DNA of 64,000 nt from an uncultured Ignavibacteriales bacterium (GTDB lineage Bacteria; Zixibacteria; MSB-5A5; GN15; FEB-12): NCBI GenBank assembly GCA_964397415.1, contig CAYNIJ010000005.1:110580-174579 (forward strand), in the 5' to 3' direction. The notes below the pieces were generated by a model. The model saw only the letters and a list, made by a program, of their open reading frames with translations. It ran no database searches and was not told where the DNA came from. The position numbers and the translations under genes are program-made. Of the stretch, positions 29,492 through 39,043 are shown one piece after another; the stretch's first letter is position 1, and each line of letters begins with the position of its first letter.

Positions 29492-31032
29492 AGCCGCAAC
29501 CACTCCCGTCCATCTTTCTTGAGGAACTCATCGGCAGCATCCGGCCCCCATGTCCCCGCCTCATACAAATGCAGCGGCTCCTTACGCCAGCTACTGATGA
29601 TTCTATCCACCAGCCGCCAGGAAAGTTCCACTTCATCCTCACGCGCGAACAACGTCGAATCGCCGGTCAGCGCATCAAGGATCAATCGCTCATACGCCTC
29701 CGAGGTTGCCGCCTCGAACGCGCTTTCATACATGAAATCCATCCGCACTGGCGATACCCGCACTTCCTGTCCCGGCATCTTCGCGTGGAACGACAGCGTT
29801 ATCCCCTCCTGCGGCTGAATTCTGAAGCGAAGTACATTTGTGTCTGTCTGTGGGTTGCCCGTCCGATTGAACAGCATATGCGGGGGCGCCTTGAACACTA
29901 TCCCAACTTCCGTCACCCGCTTGGGCAACCGTTTACCCGACCGCAAATAAAACGGCACCCCGGACCATCGCCAGTTGTCGACATGTAGCTTGAGCGCCAC
30001 ATACGAATCCGTCATCGAATTCTCAGGAACGCCTTCCTCCTGACGGTACCCATACACCTGCTCACCCCCAATTGACCCCGGCCCGTACTGCCCGCGCACC
30101 GAGTACGCTGGAAGTTGTTCATCCGGTATTTGGCGGAGTGATTTCAGCACCTTGACTTTCTCGTCCCGTATGGCGGTCGCGTCAAACGATGCCGGCGGTT
30201 CCATCGCTATCAGCGAGAAAACCTGCATAATATGCGATTGGATCATATCCCGGATTATTCCGACTTCGTCAAAGTACCCTGCCCGTGACCCGACCCCCAG
30301 TGATTCCGCCACCGATATCTGGATATGATCGATATACCGCCTGTTCCAGAGTGGCTCGAATATCGCGTTGGCCAGTCTGAAGACGAGTATATTCTGAACA
30401 GTCTCTTTCCCCAGATAGTGATCGATTCGATAGACCTGGCGTTCTGCGAAGACCGAGTGAACCATCTTGTTCAATTCACCGGCTGAGTGCGCGTCATGTC
30501 CAAACGGTTTTTCGATCACGATCCGCGACCACGGCTCATGCTCCCCATGTTCCGATACCAGACCATGCGTATGCAACGCGCCAAGGATCTGCGGGAACGC
30601 GTCCGGCGGCGTTGCCAGATAATACATCACATTTTCCGCGGCCCCTTGAGTCTGCGCCTGCTCGCTGATCCTTGACTTGAGTCGGGTATAGCCCTCTCCC
30701 CCTTCGAATGTCCCCTGCACATAGGAGAGGCCGTTGAGGAACCGTTCAACCTGCTCCGGATTATCAGCCTGACGCCGCGAGAATTTCGCGAGTGCCGCCT
30801 TCATCTCCGCTCGAAATTGCGCGTCGCTCTTGTCACGACGCGCGAATCCGATAACCGAAAATGGCCGGCTGAGAAAACCGTCGAGATAAAGATTAAAAAG
30901 CGCCGGGATCAGCTTCCGCTGGGTGAGATCTCCGGTCGCCCCAAAGATGACAAACGTAAAAGAGCCTGCCTGCTTCGCACGCATGAACCGACTGGCGAAA
31001 GGGTTGCCAAAGGTCTCGGTTCGTATACTCAC
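29488..31032 (-). CDS. zwf: Glucose-6-phosphate dehydrogenase
   Basis: FGATGDLTQRKL and RIDHYLGKE motifs. Confidence 0.95.
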   Translation of the reverse strand: MSIRTETFGNPFASRFMRAKQAGSFTFVIFGATGDLTQRKLIPALFNLYLDGFLSRPFSVIGFARRDKSDAQFRAEMKAALAKFSRRQADNPEQVERFLNGLSYVQGTFEGGEGYTRLKSRISEQAQTQGAAENVMYYLATPPDAFPQILGALHTHGLVSEHGEHEPWSRIVIEKPFGHDAHSAGELNKMVHSVFAERQVYRIDHYLGKETVQNILVFRLANAIFEPLWNRRYIDHIQISVAESLGVGSRAGYFDEVGIIRDMIQSHIMQVFSLIAMEPPASFDATAIRDEKVKVLKSLRQIPDEQLPAYSVRGQYGPGSIGGEQVYGYRQEEGVPENSMTDSYVALKLHVDNWRWSGVPFYLRSGKRLPKRVTEVGIVFKAPPHMLFNRTGNPQTDTNVLRFRIQPQEGITLSFHAKMPGQEVRVSPVRMDFMYESAFEAATSEAYERLILDALTGDSTLFAREDEVELSWRLVDRIISSWRKEPLHLYEAGTWGPDAADEFLKKDGREWLRL

Positions 31033-31967
31033 TTCTTCTTTCCTTTGGCGGCAGGCTTCCCTTCAGCGCCTTTCTTCTCCACCACCGCATGTCCGCCAAA
31101 TTGCGCGCGCAATGCCGCCAGTACTTTTGACGAAAACGATTCCTCCTGCCGCGAACGGAATCTATTCATCAGCGCATAAGTCAGCGTGACCGCTGGCACA
31201 TCGAGATCGATCGCCTCCTGCACTGTCCAGCGTCCCTCGCCGGAATCCGCCACGTAGCCGGTGATCTTGGCTAATGACGGATCCTGCTTGAACGCCCTCT
31301 CCGACAGTTCCAACAGCCACGATCTCACCACCGACCCCTGATTCCACAGGTGGCAGACATCCGCCAGCTTGACGTCATATTCCGACTTCTCGAGTATCTC
31401 AAACCCTTCCGCGTACGCCTGCATCATGCCGTACTCGATCCCGTTATGGATCATCTTGACAAAGTGACCTGCCCCCGATGGTCCGCAGTGCAAATAGCCG
31501 TCTGGAGGCGCAAGTGTCTTAAAGATCGGCTCCGCTTTGCCAAATGCCTTCTTATCGCCGCCGATCATCATGCAATACCCGTTCTCAAGTCCCCAGATAC
31601 CGCCAGAGGTTCCAGAGTCCAGCAACGTTATCCCTTTGGCGTCAACTTCGGCTGCGCGACGTTTCGTTTCCCGATAATTCGAATTGCCGCCGTCAATGAT
31701 GGTATCACCTTTGCTCAGCAGTTTGGTCAGGTCATGGATCACCTGCTCTGTCGCTTCACCGGCCGGGACCATCACCCAGACGATCCGTGGAGCCCTGAGC
31801 TTACTCACCAAGTCGACCAGCGACTTTGCCGCTACCGCGCCAACCGCCGCTGCCTCTTTGACCGATTGCGGATTCCGCCCGTACACCACAATATCGTGAC
31901 CGCCGCGACGCAACCGTTTGACCATATTCCCCCCCATTTTCCCCAGCCCGACAAACCCGATCCTCAT
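31029..31967 (-). CDS. gnd: 6-phosphogluconate dehydrogenase, decarboxylating (short form)
   Basis: MRIGFVGLGKMGGNM Rossmann motif. The ~300-aa GntZ/YqeC-like form. Confidence 0.85.
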   Translation of the reverse strand: MRIGFVGLGKMGGNMVKRLRRGGHDIVVYGRNPQSVKEAAAVGAVAAKSLVDLVSKLRAPRIVWVMVPAGEATEQVIHDLTKLLSKGDTIIDGGNSNYRETKRRAAEVDAKGITLLDSGTSGGIWGLENGYCMMIGGDKKAFGKAEPIFKTLAPPDGYLHCGPSGAGHFVKMIHNGIEYGMMQAYAEGFEILEKSEYDVKLADVCHLWNQGSVVRSWLLELSERAFKQDPSLAKITGYVADSGEGRWTVQEAIDLDVPAVTLTYALMNRFRSRQEESFSSKVLAALRAQFGGHAVVEKKGAEGKPAAKGKKK

Positions 31968-33913
31968 ATCTTTACTCCCGTTGTTGTCCGTACTCCACGA
32001 ATTCGCGTCGCCACACTGGCCGCATCCATCCCCAGCGTTTTATACAGGTCATCCGGCTTTCCTGACCCGGCGTATTGCGGCACGCCAATCTTCATAAACT
32101 GAGTCTGCAGCCCAAGCGCAAACATACTCGAAGCAATATGCGTCCCTAATCCGGTCTTCACGTTGTGATCTTCGAGTACCACCACATGACGATGCATCGC
32201 CAGCATTCTCAGATCATCCTCATCCAGATCGCTCCAGTCGGAGACCGACACTAGTGATATCCGTCTCCCCTCTCCATTCAACGTCTCCCACGCCTGCATG
32301 CCGTACGGCAGCATATTACCGGAACAAACTAAGGCGATCTCCTCTCCCTTGCGTATCACTTCCATCCGGCCATAACGATATTGATAACCTTCTCCAAAAT
32401 ACGGCGAGCCATCCTCGCGAACTATCGTCGGTACTACCGCGCGTCCCATGATCACCGCAAATGACCCCGGCTGACTCAAAACGTAGCGTGTGATAGCATC
32501 CGTCTGATTCGGGTCGGCCGGCGTTATCACTTTCCAGCCGAATGTCGAATTGAGCAGACCAAAGTAGTCGATACACTGGTGGGTTTTCCCATCCTCGCCG
32601 ACATTCACCCCTGAGTGCGTGCAGAACAACTTGAAATTGGCATGATTGATATCATTCAACCGCGCCTGGTTGTATGTCTCCGCGATGCCGAAGACACCAA
32701 AATCCGACCAGATCGCCACCGCGTTCTCGGTCGACAGCGCTCCGACCGTTGCGGCGGTGGAATGCTCAGATATTCCCATCTGATAGAAATTGGATGGCCA
32801 CTTCTTTTCAAATCCATCCGTCTTGACTGATTTCGAAAGATCACAGTCAAACACCGCCATCGCGAATCCCGGGCGATTCATATTCGCTTCGGCGACCGAG
32901 ACCAGCGCCTTCCCCCATGCCCCGCGATTATCCGACTTGTCCTCCGCTTTGTAGCGGATCGGCGTGCCAGTCTCCACTTGGATATACTCATGTTCCGGCG
33001 TTTCAAACATCGGCGGCGGGCCTTGTTTGCGACGGTTCATCAATTCATCAAGGTCGTCATTGATCCCGCCAAGTTCCAGAAAGGCTTTCTTTGCCTGATC
33101 CGGCTTGAGCGCCGCGCCATGATACTCCGCGTCATTCTCCATAAACGACACCCCCTTCCCCATCACCGTATGCGCCAGTATCATGATGGGCGCGCCATCA
33201 TTGTGATAGGCGGTCCGCATCGCTTTGTAGAGCGCACGAAGATCATGCCCGTCCACTTCGATCACCCGCCACCCATCCGACTCCCACCCCGCCTTGATAT
33301 TCTGCGGCATCACTTTCGTCACGTCACCCGATATCTGCAACCGATTGTAATCAATTATCGCGATCACTCTGTTCAAACCAAACTTAACCGCCGTGCGACG
33401 CGCTTCCGCGATCTGCCCCTTCTGTTGTTCACCATCCCCCATCAGACAGAACGACCGGAAATCCATCCCTTTCAATCTCGCGTAGATCGCCTTGCCGACC
33501 GCGACCGACAACCCCTGCCCAAGATTTCCCGTATCCCACTCAATTCCCGGCACTGTCCGCTCGACATGCCCTTCAAACGGCGAACCCGCCTGACGGAATC
33601 CATGCAGCGCCGGATAGATATCGAAGAACCCTGCCGACGCCAGACCCGCGTATGCTCCCGGCGATGTATGCCCGTGTGACACGATTATTCTATCGCGATC
33701 ATCGCGATGTGGTTTCTTCGGATCGACCTTTGCCATGTGATAACACAGCAGATAGAACTCCAACGATGACATCGAGCCGCCCGGATGCCCCGAGGCCGCC
33801 ACCGTAGTCATCTTGATGATGTGACCGCGCGCCTTGCGACCTTCCTCGGTCAACTTCTCAAACCATGCCTGCGATAACTCGCTTTCGCCAAATCCACGCC
33901 AGGGATCAAACAT
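31964..33913 (-). CDS. tkt: Transketolase
   Basis: GHPGGSMS TPP motif. Full-length single-chain enzyme. Confidence 0.9.
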   Translation of the reverse strand: MFDPWRGFGESELSQAWFEKLTEEGRKARGHIIKMTTVAASGHPGGSMSSLEFYLLCYHMAKVDPKKPHRDDRDRIIVSHGHTSPGAYAGLASAGFFDIYPALHGFRQAGSPFEGHVERTVPGIEWDTGNLGQGLSVAVGKAIYARLKGMDFRSFCLMGDGEQQKGQIAEARRTAVKFGLNRVIAIIDYNRLQISGDVTKVMPQNIKAGWESDGWRVIEVDGHDLRALYKAMRTAYHNDGAPIMILAHTVMGKGVSFMENDAEYHGAALKPDQAKKAFLELGGINDDLDELMNRRKQGPPPMFETPEHEYIQVETGTPIRYKAEDKSDNRGAWGKALVSVAEANMNRPGFAMAVFDCDLSKSVKTDGFEKKWPSNFYQMGISEHSTAATVGALSTENAVAIWSDFGVFGIAETYNQARLNDINHANFKLFCTHSGVNVGEDGKTHQCIDYFGLLNSTFGWKVITPADPNQTDAITRYVLSQPGSFAVIMGRAVVPTIVREDGSPYFGEGYQYRYGRMEVIRKGEEIALVCSGNMLPYGMQAWETLNGEGRRISLVSVSDWSDLDEDDLRMLAMHRHVVVLEDHNVKTGLGTHIASSMFALGLQTQFMKIGVPQYAGSGKPDDLYKTLGMDAASVATRIRGVRTTTGVKI

Positions 33914-33931
33914 CGAACTTCCTTTATTCTT

Positions 33932-35623
33932 TTACTTGCTGACTATCTTCTTGATATGTCGATACAATTGCTCCAGCCCGTCGGCGGGCGAGCCATCCAC
34001 CTCGAACACCAGCGTCGGAAACTTCCGCTGTATCAGCGCCTGCGAATCCCCGATCGCCTGCGCCGTGATCAATTCACCAAACCCGAATTGCTGATTCGGT
34101 ATCGGCGCTTTGCCGTAGTCCCGTCGCATCAACACAATGAACATCCCCGTCGAATCTCCCCCTTTATACAATTGCCCGATCGAATGCAAAAACCTCGGCC
34201 CATACCCTCTTAATGTCGCGCACATTGACGCGTCACGTATGGTTGCGCGCATTTCGGCCAGAATTGACTCTGTCCGCCTGTCCGATTTAAAGTAATTCAG
34301 GATCGCGATATACTTCGGCGGCTTAGCTTTCGCGAAAAACTTCGCGAGTGATTCTTCGACTGAATCGCTGCTTTTTCCACCGAGAGAAATCAGCGTCAAT
34401 GCTTTCGACATGTTCCCCCGCTGCAGCGGGAACCGCCGCGATCTGCTGTACTTGTCCAGGATCGCCTTGGTATTCTCTTTACTCTCCGTCACATTCGGCT
34501 CGTCGAATGGATTGATCTCCATACACCAGCCTGCCGCTGCGGTCGCCGCTTCCCAGAGCAAAAACTGCCCTCCTAGCGAACTCAACTCCGGCAATGATAT
34601 TTCAACTATTGGCGCGCGAAGCATCGCCAGCTTCCGCTTCAACGTCTGCTGCTCTTTCGCCGACTCGTTCGCCATCTTGAGGAATACGAACATCCGGTCC
34701 GGACCATACGCGTCCACACTCCCCATTGGTTCCGCTTCTATCGGTACCACTCCGCGTTTCTTCTTACCGGTCGACTCCGCCACCAGCTGCTCAACCCACG
34801 GCACAAATGGCGCCGTCTTCTTCGACGCGACAAACGTCAGCTTGTCGATTCCCGACTTCCATCCCGCCGCCATAAACGCTCCCAGCGCCAGCGCCGGATT
34901 TGATTCATCCCCGCGTTCGGCTATCAACTCCTGCATCGCGCGCGCGTCATCCAGCAACTTTGCCAGATCTACCCCCGCGAAAAACCCCGGCACTAGTCCA
35001 AACAGCGAGAGCGAGGAATACCGCCCTCCAATGTCCGCCGGATTGAGAAATATCTTTCTGTACTTGTTCACCTTGGCAAACGCTTCCAGCCCGCTCCCCG
35101 GGTCAGTGATCGCCACGAACTGGCGCCCCGGCGTCTTGACATGCAATTCTCTCAACCGCGCCAGGAAATATGCCTCCTGCGACCGCGTCTCGATTGTCCC
35201 CCCCGATTTCGATGCCACTATGAACAACGTCCGCTTTAGGTCTACCGCTCGTGCCACCGCTGTCACGGCGTTCGGGTCCGTCGAATCAAGCACATGGAAT
35301 GAGGTCAATTTCGGATGTGTCCCGAACATCAGATTGAAAACTTCAGGACACAATGATGACCCCCCCATCCCCATCAGTATCACATGATCTATACCGCTCT
35401 TTATCGCGCTTTCGCCGAACGACACGATCGACTTTGCCTGCTTGCGCATCGCAAGCGTAACATCCACCCACCCCAAACGATTCGCGATCAATTTCTCGAG
35501 CGCGGCATCCCCGCCGAAAACCGAGGCTTCCCTTTGCATCAACAACGGAAGCATCGCTTCCGCCACTCCCCGCTTCATCATCAGCTCGTATTGCTTTTCT
35601 ATCTTCCCGGCTGCTATCTTCAC
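33932..35623 (-). CDS. pgi: Glucose-6-phosphate isomerase
   Basis: SIS-domain pattern (LMGMGGSSLCPEV, VASKSGGTIET, GGRYS). Confidence 0.8.
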   Translation of the reverse strand: MKIAAGKIEKQYELMMKRGVAEAMLPLLMQREASVFGGDAALEKLIANRLGWVDVTLAMRKQAKSIVSFGESAIKSGIDHVILMGMGGSSLCPEVFNLMFGTHPKLTSFHVLDSTDPNAVTAVARAVDLKRTLFIVASKSGGTIETRSQEAYFLARLRELHVKTPGRQFVAITDPGSGLEAFAKVNKYRKIFLNPADIGGRYSSLSLFGLVPGFFAGVDLAKLLDDARAMQELIAERGDESNPALALGAFMAAGWKSGIDKLTFVASKKTAPFVPWVEQLVAESTGKKKRGVVPIEAEPMGSVDAYGPDRMFVFLKMANESAKEQQTLKRKLAMLRAPIVEISLPELSSLGGQFLLWEAATAAAGWCMEINPFDEPNVTESKENTKAILDKYSRSRRFPLQRGNMSKALTLISLGGKSSDSVEESLAKFFAKAKPPKYIAILNYFKSDRRTESILAEMRATIRDASMCATLRGYGPRFLHSIGQLYKGGDSTGMFIVLMRRDYGKAPIPNQQFGFGELITAQAIGDSQALIQRKFPTLVFEVDGSPADGLEQLYRHIKKIVSK

Positions 35624-35634
35624 GGTGTCCTTCC

Positions 35635-36303
35635 TTATTTGCGCGATGGCCGCGCTGGGATCCGTTCAATCTCCGTAACCAATTCCGCCCTGTCTTTCAC
35701 CCCGAAAAATCCTGTCCCCATTACCAGCAGATCCGCCCCAGCTTCTACAACTTTCCTCGCGTTGTTCCGGTCTATCCCGCCATCCACCTCGATTTGCGTA
35801 TGCAATTGATGATGGTCCACATACTCCCGCGCCGCGACGATCTTCGGCGTCACCGACTCGATATAACTTTGCCCGCCAAATCCCGGAAAGACCGACATGA
35901 TCAACAGCAGATCAAAATGCTCCAAATACGGCAACACTTTTTCTACCGGCATATCCGGATTGATAGAAATCCCCGGCTTGATCCCCATCTCCTTGAGGCG
36001 TGCGGCATGTTCTCGTGGATCAGGATGGACCTCGAGATGGAAGGTGATATAATCCGAGCCGGCCTTGGCGAACGGTTCGAAATACTTCTCCGGTTCAGTC
36101 AACATCAGGTGAACATCCAGCGGATGTTCCGTCAGCTTGTTGACCATCTTCACCACGCCCGGCCCGAACGAGATATTCGGTACAAAGTGGCCATCCATGA
36201 TATCGAGGTGATAGATCGAAATACCAGCCAGCTCAGCGCTGGCGATCTCTTCCCCCAAACGGGAGAAATCGGCGCCCAGGATCGAAGGTGCGATTTTTGC
36301 CAT
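35635..36303 (-). CDS. rpe: Ribulose-phosphate 3-epimerase
   Basis: Start set at MAKIAPSILGADF. Also HLDIMDGHFVPN and VDGG motifs. Confidence 0.9.
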   Translation of the reverse strand: MAKIAPSILGADFSRLGEEIASAELAGISIYHLDIMDGHFVPNISFGPGVVKMVNKLTEHPLDVHLMLTEPEKYFEPFAKAGSDYITFHLEVHPDPREHAARLKEMGIKPGISINPDMPVEKVLPYLEHFDLLLIMSVFPGFGGQSYIESVTPKIVAAREYVDHHQLHTQIEVDGGIDRNNARKVVEAGADLLVMGTGFFGVKDRAELVTEIERIPARPSRK

Positions 36304-36571
36304 AGCTTGAATAATGGCGATTGTATCCCAGTCGGGCAAATCCTTTTTTCCCGCTGTCACACGCCGATATTGCCCCCACAACCCACACTCGCTGAGCAAG
36401 TTACTTCACACCTTCCTCCCCCGGCGCTAGCCAGCATCACTTTGTATTGTGGGCCCATATTCCTCGCTTGCATCCGCCCCCCTCAATCCCTACTTTGACT
36501 CTGTCCGATGGCGCCCTGCGCCCCGACTTAGTCAACCAGACAAATGCATCTATATCTAAAAGGAGCGACCC

Positions 36572-37048
36572 ATGCGTACGCTACTCGTCCTCACCCTTTT
36601 CGCGATCATCGCCTGCGGTGCCATGATCGTTGCCCAGGATGCCGAAAAGCCCTGGTTTGATCTCAAAAACTGCGTCTTCTGCAAGGAGATCGAGGCTCAG
36701 CCGGGCCTGAAAGATCACATGCGCCATGAGTACCACCCGATCCACGATGGCCTCGTCTCGATCTCATATATTGACAAGGATTGGTGGGATGAATTTGCCG
36801 GAGCTCAGGCCGGTATGCAAAAAGTTGCCGGCAACATGAATCCGACCAGCCTCCCCCCGATGTGCCAGCATTGCTCAAAGATCGGCGAGTTCTATATGAA
36901 GGGGGTCAAGATGGAGGAGATTAGATCAGAACAAGCGATCGTAGTGGTTTACAGCCATACCGATGCTGCTGTCGTCAAAGACATCCAGGCCTGGGGTGCT
37001 CGCACCGCCGATGAACTGAAGAAAATGATGTCTTCAAAGGCAAACTAA
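36572..37048 (+). CDS. Secreted hypothetical protein with two CxxC motifs
   Basis: Signal peptide, CVFC and CQHC motifs, AAGGAG RBS. Confidence 0.6.
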   Translation: MRTLLVLTLFAIIACGAMIVAQDAEKPWFDLKNCVFCKEIEAQPGLKDHMRHEYHPIHDGLVSISYIDKDWWDEFAGAQAGMQKVAGNMNPTSLPPMCQHCSKIGEFYMKGVKMEEIRSEQAIVVVYSHTDAAVVKDIQAWGARTADELKKMMSSKAN

Positions 37049-37070
37049 GTCTGAGATCAGAGGATCACTT

Positions 37071-37106
37071 GAACGCGGAGCCGAATACGCTCCGCGTTCT
37101 TTGTTG
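37071..37106 (+). terminator. Rho-independent terminator
   Basis: Perfect 11-bp stem GAACGCGGAGC / GCTCCGCGTTC followed by TTTGTTG. Confidence 0.75.
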
Positions 37107-37110
37107 AAGT

Positions 37111-38355
37111 CTAGTGCGTAACAGTCACACCTTTCGCTTCAAGCGCGGGTATCTGCACCGTCAGCGCCGTCTCCGAAAGCGGGTTTCCACCTAAATGGAC
37201 CGCATCCCCCGTTCCCAGCCCTGCGTTGTCAACCAGCCCCTGAATATCAGAGATCGAATTATAGGTGAGGTTCAGCGTGTGAAGGTTTACCAATGTCGAC
37301 AACGGGCCAACATCACTGATCTGATTCATCATCAGATCCAATCCCTCCATCTCCACCAACCCGCTCAATGGCGCGACTGACACAATGTTATTGCTGTTCA
37401 GCTTGCATATCCGCAGATGCGTCAGATGACTCATGAAACTTATATCAGTCAGGTTCATCGTGGCAAAATGCACATCATCCAGCGCGGGCTGATTATATAG
37501 CGGCGTGAAGTCCGTCACCGGACATCCCCACAGGAAGAGCTGCTGGAGCGAGGTTACCGAGGCCAGCGGCCCGATATTCGTCAGTGGATTCGTGGCAATG
37601 TGCAATTGTCGAAGTTCAGACAATCCTGCCAATGGAGTTAGATCCGTGATCAGATTACTCCCCAGTGACAACCCACTAATGTGTGTTAAGCCCGCCACCG
37701 GTGACAGATCGACGATCCGATTGTCCCATAGATTCGCTCCGATCAGCGATATGAAGTATTCGGCTCCGCTCAGACTGACCAGGCCGGCCTGCGGCAGTTC
37801 GATATAGAGAATCGTATCAACGTCGGTCGAGAGAATATCCCCGGTCGTTTTGCCGACATGTCCGCGCACCCAGCTTTCCAGAACGGCATCCTCAAATGTC
37901 ACGACTGCTATGGCCGGACAATGTCCCTTGCAGCAATTGGAAATGCCGCTCCAGTTCCCCTTATCATCGCGGGACTTCATCGCGAAATAATAGGTCGAAT
38001 CCGGCTCCAGCATCTCCACTTCGGTCTGCTGAATCGCCCCGGCCGGCGCCCACGGCGGAACCGAGTCGATCCGATAAGCGCTGGCGAAATTCGTCGCCGT
38101 GATCGAATCGTACGACACGCGCAAATCATACTCCTGAATAAACCCCGCGGAATTATCATCCCGGTAGTCCGCCGGCGCGGTCCACTGGAGTGTCAGCGCG
38201 TGCGATGTGATGGTGATCACGTGAAGATCCGCTATCAACTCCGGCGGTCGACCGTCCTGCTCGTCATCATCAACTGATTTGGATTTGGAGCACTGCAGTG
38301 TTGCCAGGAGCAACGGTGCGAGTATACAGAGAGAGAACCGAGTTGAAGTACGCAT
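37111..38355 (-). CDS. Lipoprotein with an FN3-like domain and leucine-rich repeats
   Basis: Lipobox LATLQC. About 8 LRR units of ~22 aa (LxxLxxLxLxxNxIxDIxPL). Confidence 0.75.
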   Translation of the reverse strand: MRTSTRFSLCILAPLLLATLQCSKSKSVDDDEQDGRPPELIADLHVITITSHALTLQWTAPADYRDDNSAGFIQEYDLRVSYDSITATNFASAYRIDSVPPWAPAGAIQQTEVEMLEPDSTYYFAMKSRDDKGNWSGISNCCKGHCPAIAVVTFEDAVLESWVRGHVGKTTGDILSTDVDTILYIELPQAGLVSLSGAEYFISLIGANLWDNRIVDLSPVAGLTHISGLSLGSNLITDLTPLAGLSELRQLHIATNPLTNIGPLASVTSLQQLFLWGCPVTDFTPLYNQPALDDVHFATMNLTDISFMSHLTHLRICKLNSNNIVSVAPLSGLVEMEGLDLMMNQISDVGPLSTLVNLHTLNLTYNSISDIQGLVDNAGLGTGDAVHLGGNPLSETALTVQIPALEAKGVTVTH

Positions 38356-38511
38356 ATCTTCCCCTGCGGCTTGATTTTGATTGTTCTGCTGGCGAGCGCC
38401 TCAATATACGACTCAAATGTCCATGATGCAAGCAAAAGACCTAACCCTCGTTAAAAAGATAGGGTTGAGAGAGGTTATGGGAGCGGGATTTCTGTGATTT
38501 GGGCGCTGCAA

Positions 38512-38540
38512 TTGACAACCCCAAAACGCACTGCTATAAT
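38512..38540 (+). promoter_or_regulatory. Perfect consensus sigma-70 promoter
   Basis: TTGACA (38512-38517), 17-nt spacer, TATAAT (38535-38540). Confidence 0.6.
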
Positions 38541-38563
38541 GGTCACATGGGAGAGTTCGTATC

Positions 38564-39043
38564 TTGGAACGAATAACAGATATAGCTGGCTTTGCTCGAC
38601 GTTTTCTTTTTACGCTTGAGGCAAGTATACCTGAATTGTCTCAGCACAACTGGCTAAAATTGGCCCCAGCAGATACTACCGGTCACTTTGTCAATTATGA
38701 GATACAGAACTCGAATAATCGCTTCGAGCTGCCTCTGGCAATACAGGCTTGCCACGAAGGGTTGGAGGTTGGCTTCGGCTTGTACCAGAATTTTGACTAC
38801 TGGGATTACACCACTGAAGATGAGCTGTTCAGAGACGTTATCGAATGGTTGCAGTTGCTCTTCTCCGAAAAGCTTGTTTGGAACTCATGCTGGCAGGGTG
38901 AGGATCTTGTCGCATGTTGGTTTTCTGATCCGCCATACAATTGGGAGTTCGTAGATGCCTCAATCCGAAAGCGGATCAGTAGAGCTTCCGCTAGATCCTG
39001 GCACTGTACTTACGACCGCGATTTTTCGCCAAATGAAGTTTGA
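38564..39043 (+). CDS. Trp-rich hypothetical protein in a low-GC patch
   Basis: The only available start is TTG at 38564 and there is no obvious SD. The 3' end overlaps the queG 3' end by 34 nt. Confidence 0.4.
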   Translation: MERITDIAGFARRFLFTLEASIPELSQHNWLKLAPADTTGHFVNYEIQNSNNRFELPLAIQACHEGLEVGFGLYQNFDYWDYTTEDELFRDVIEWLQLLFSEKLVWNSCWQGEDLVACWFSDPPYNWEFVDASIRKRISRASARSWHCTYDRDFSPNEV

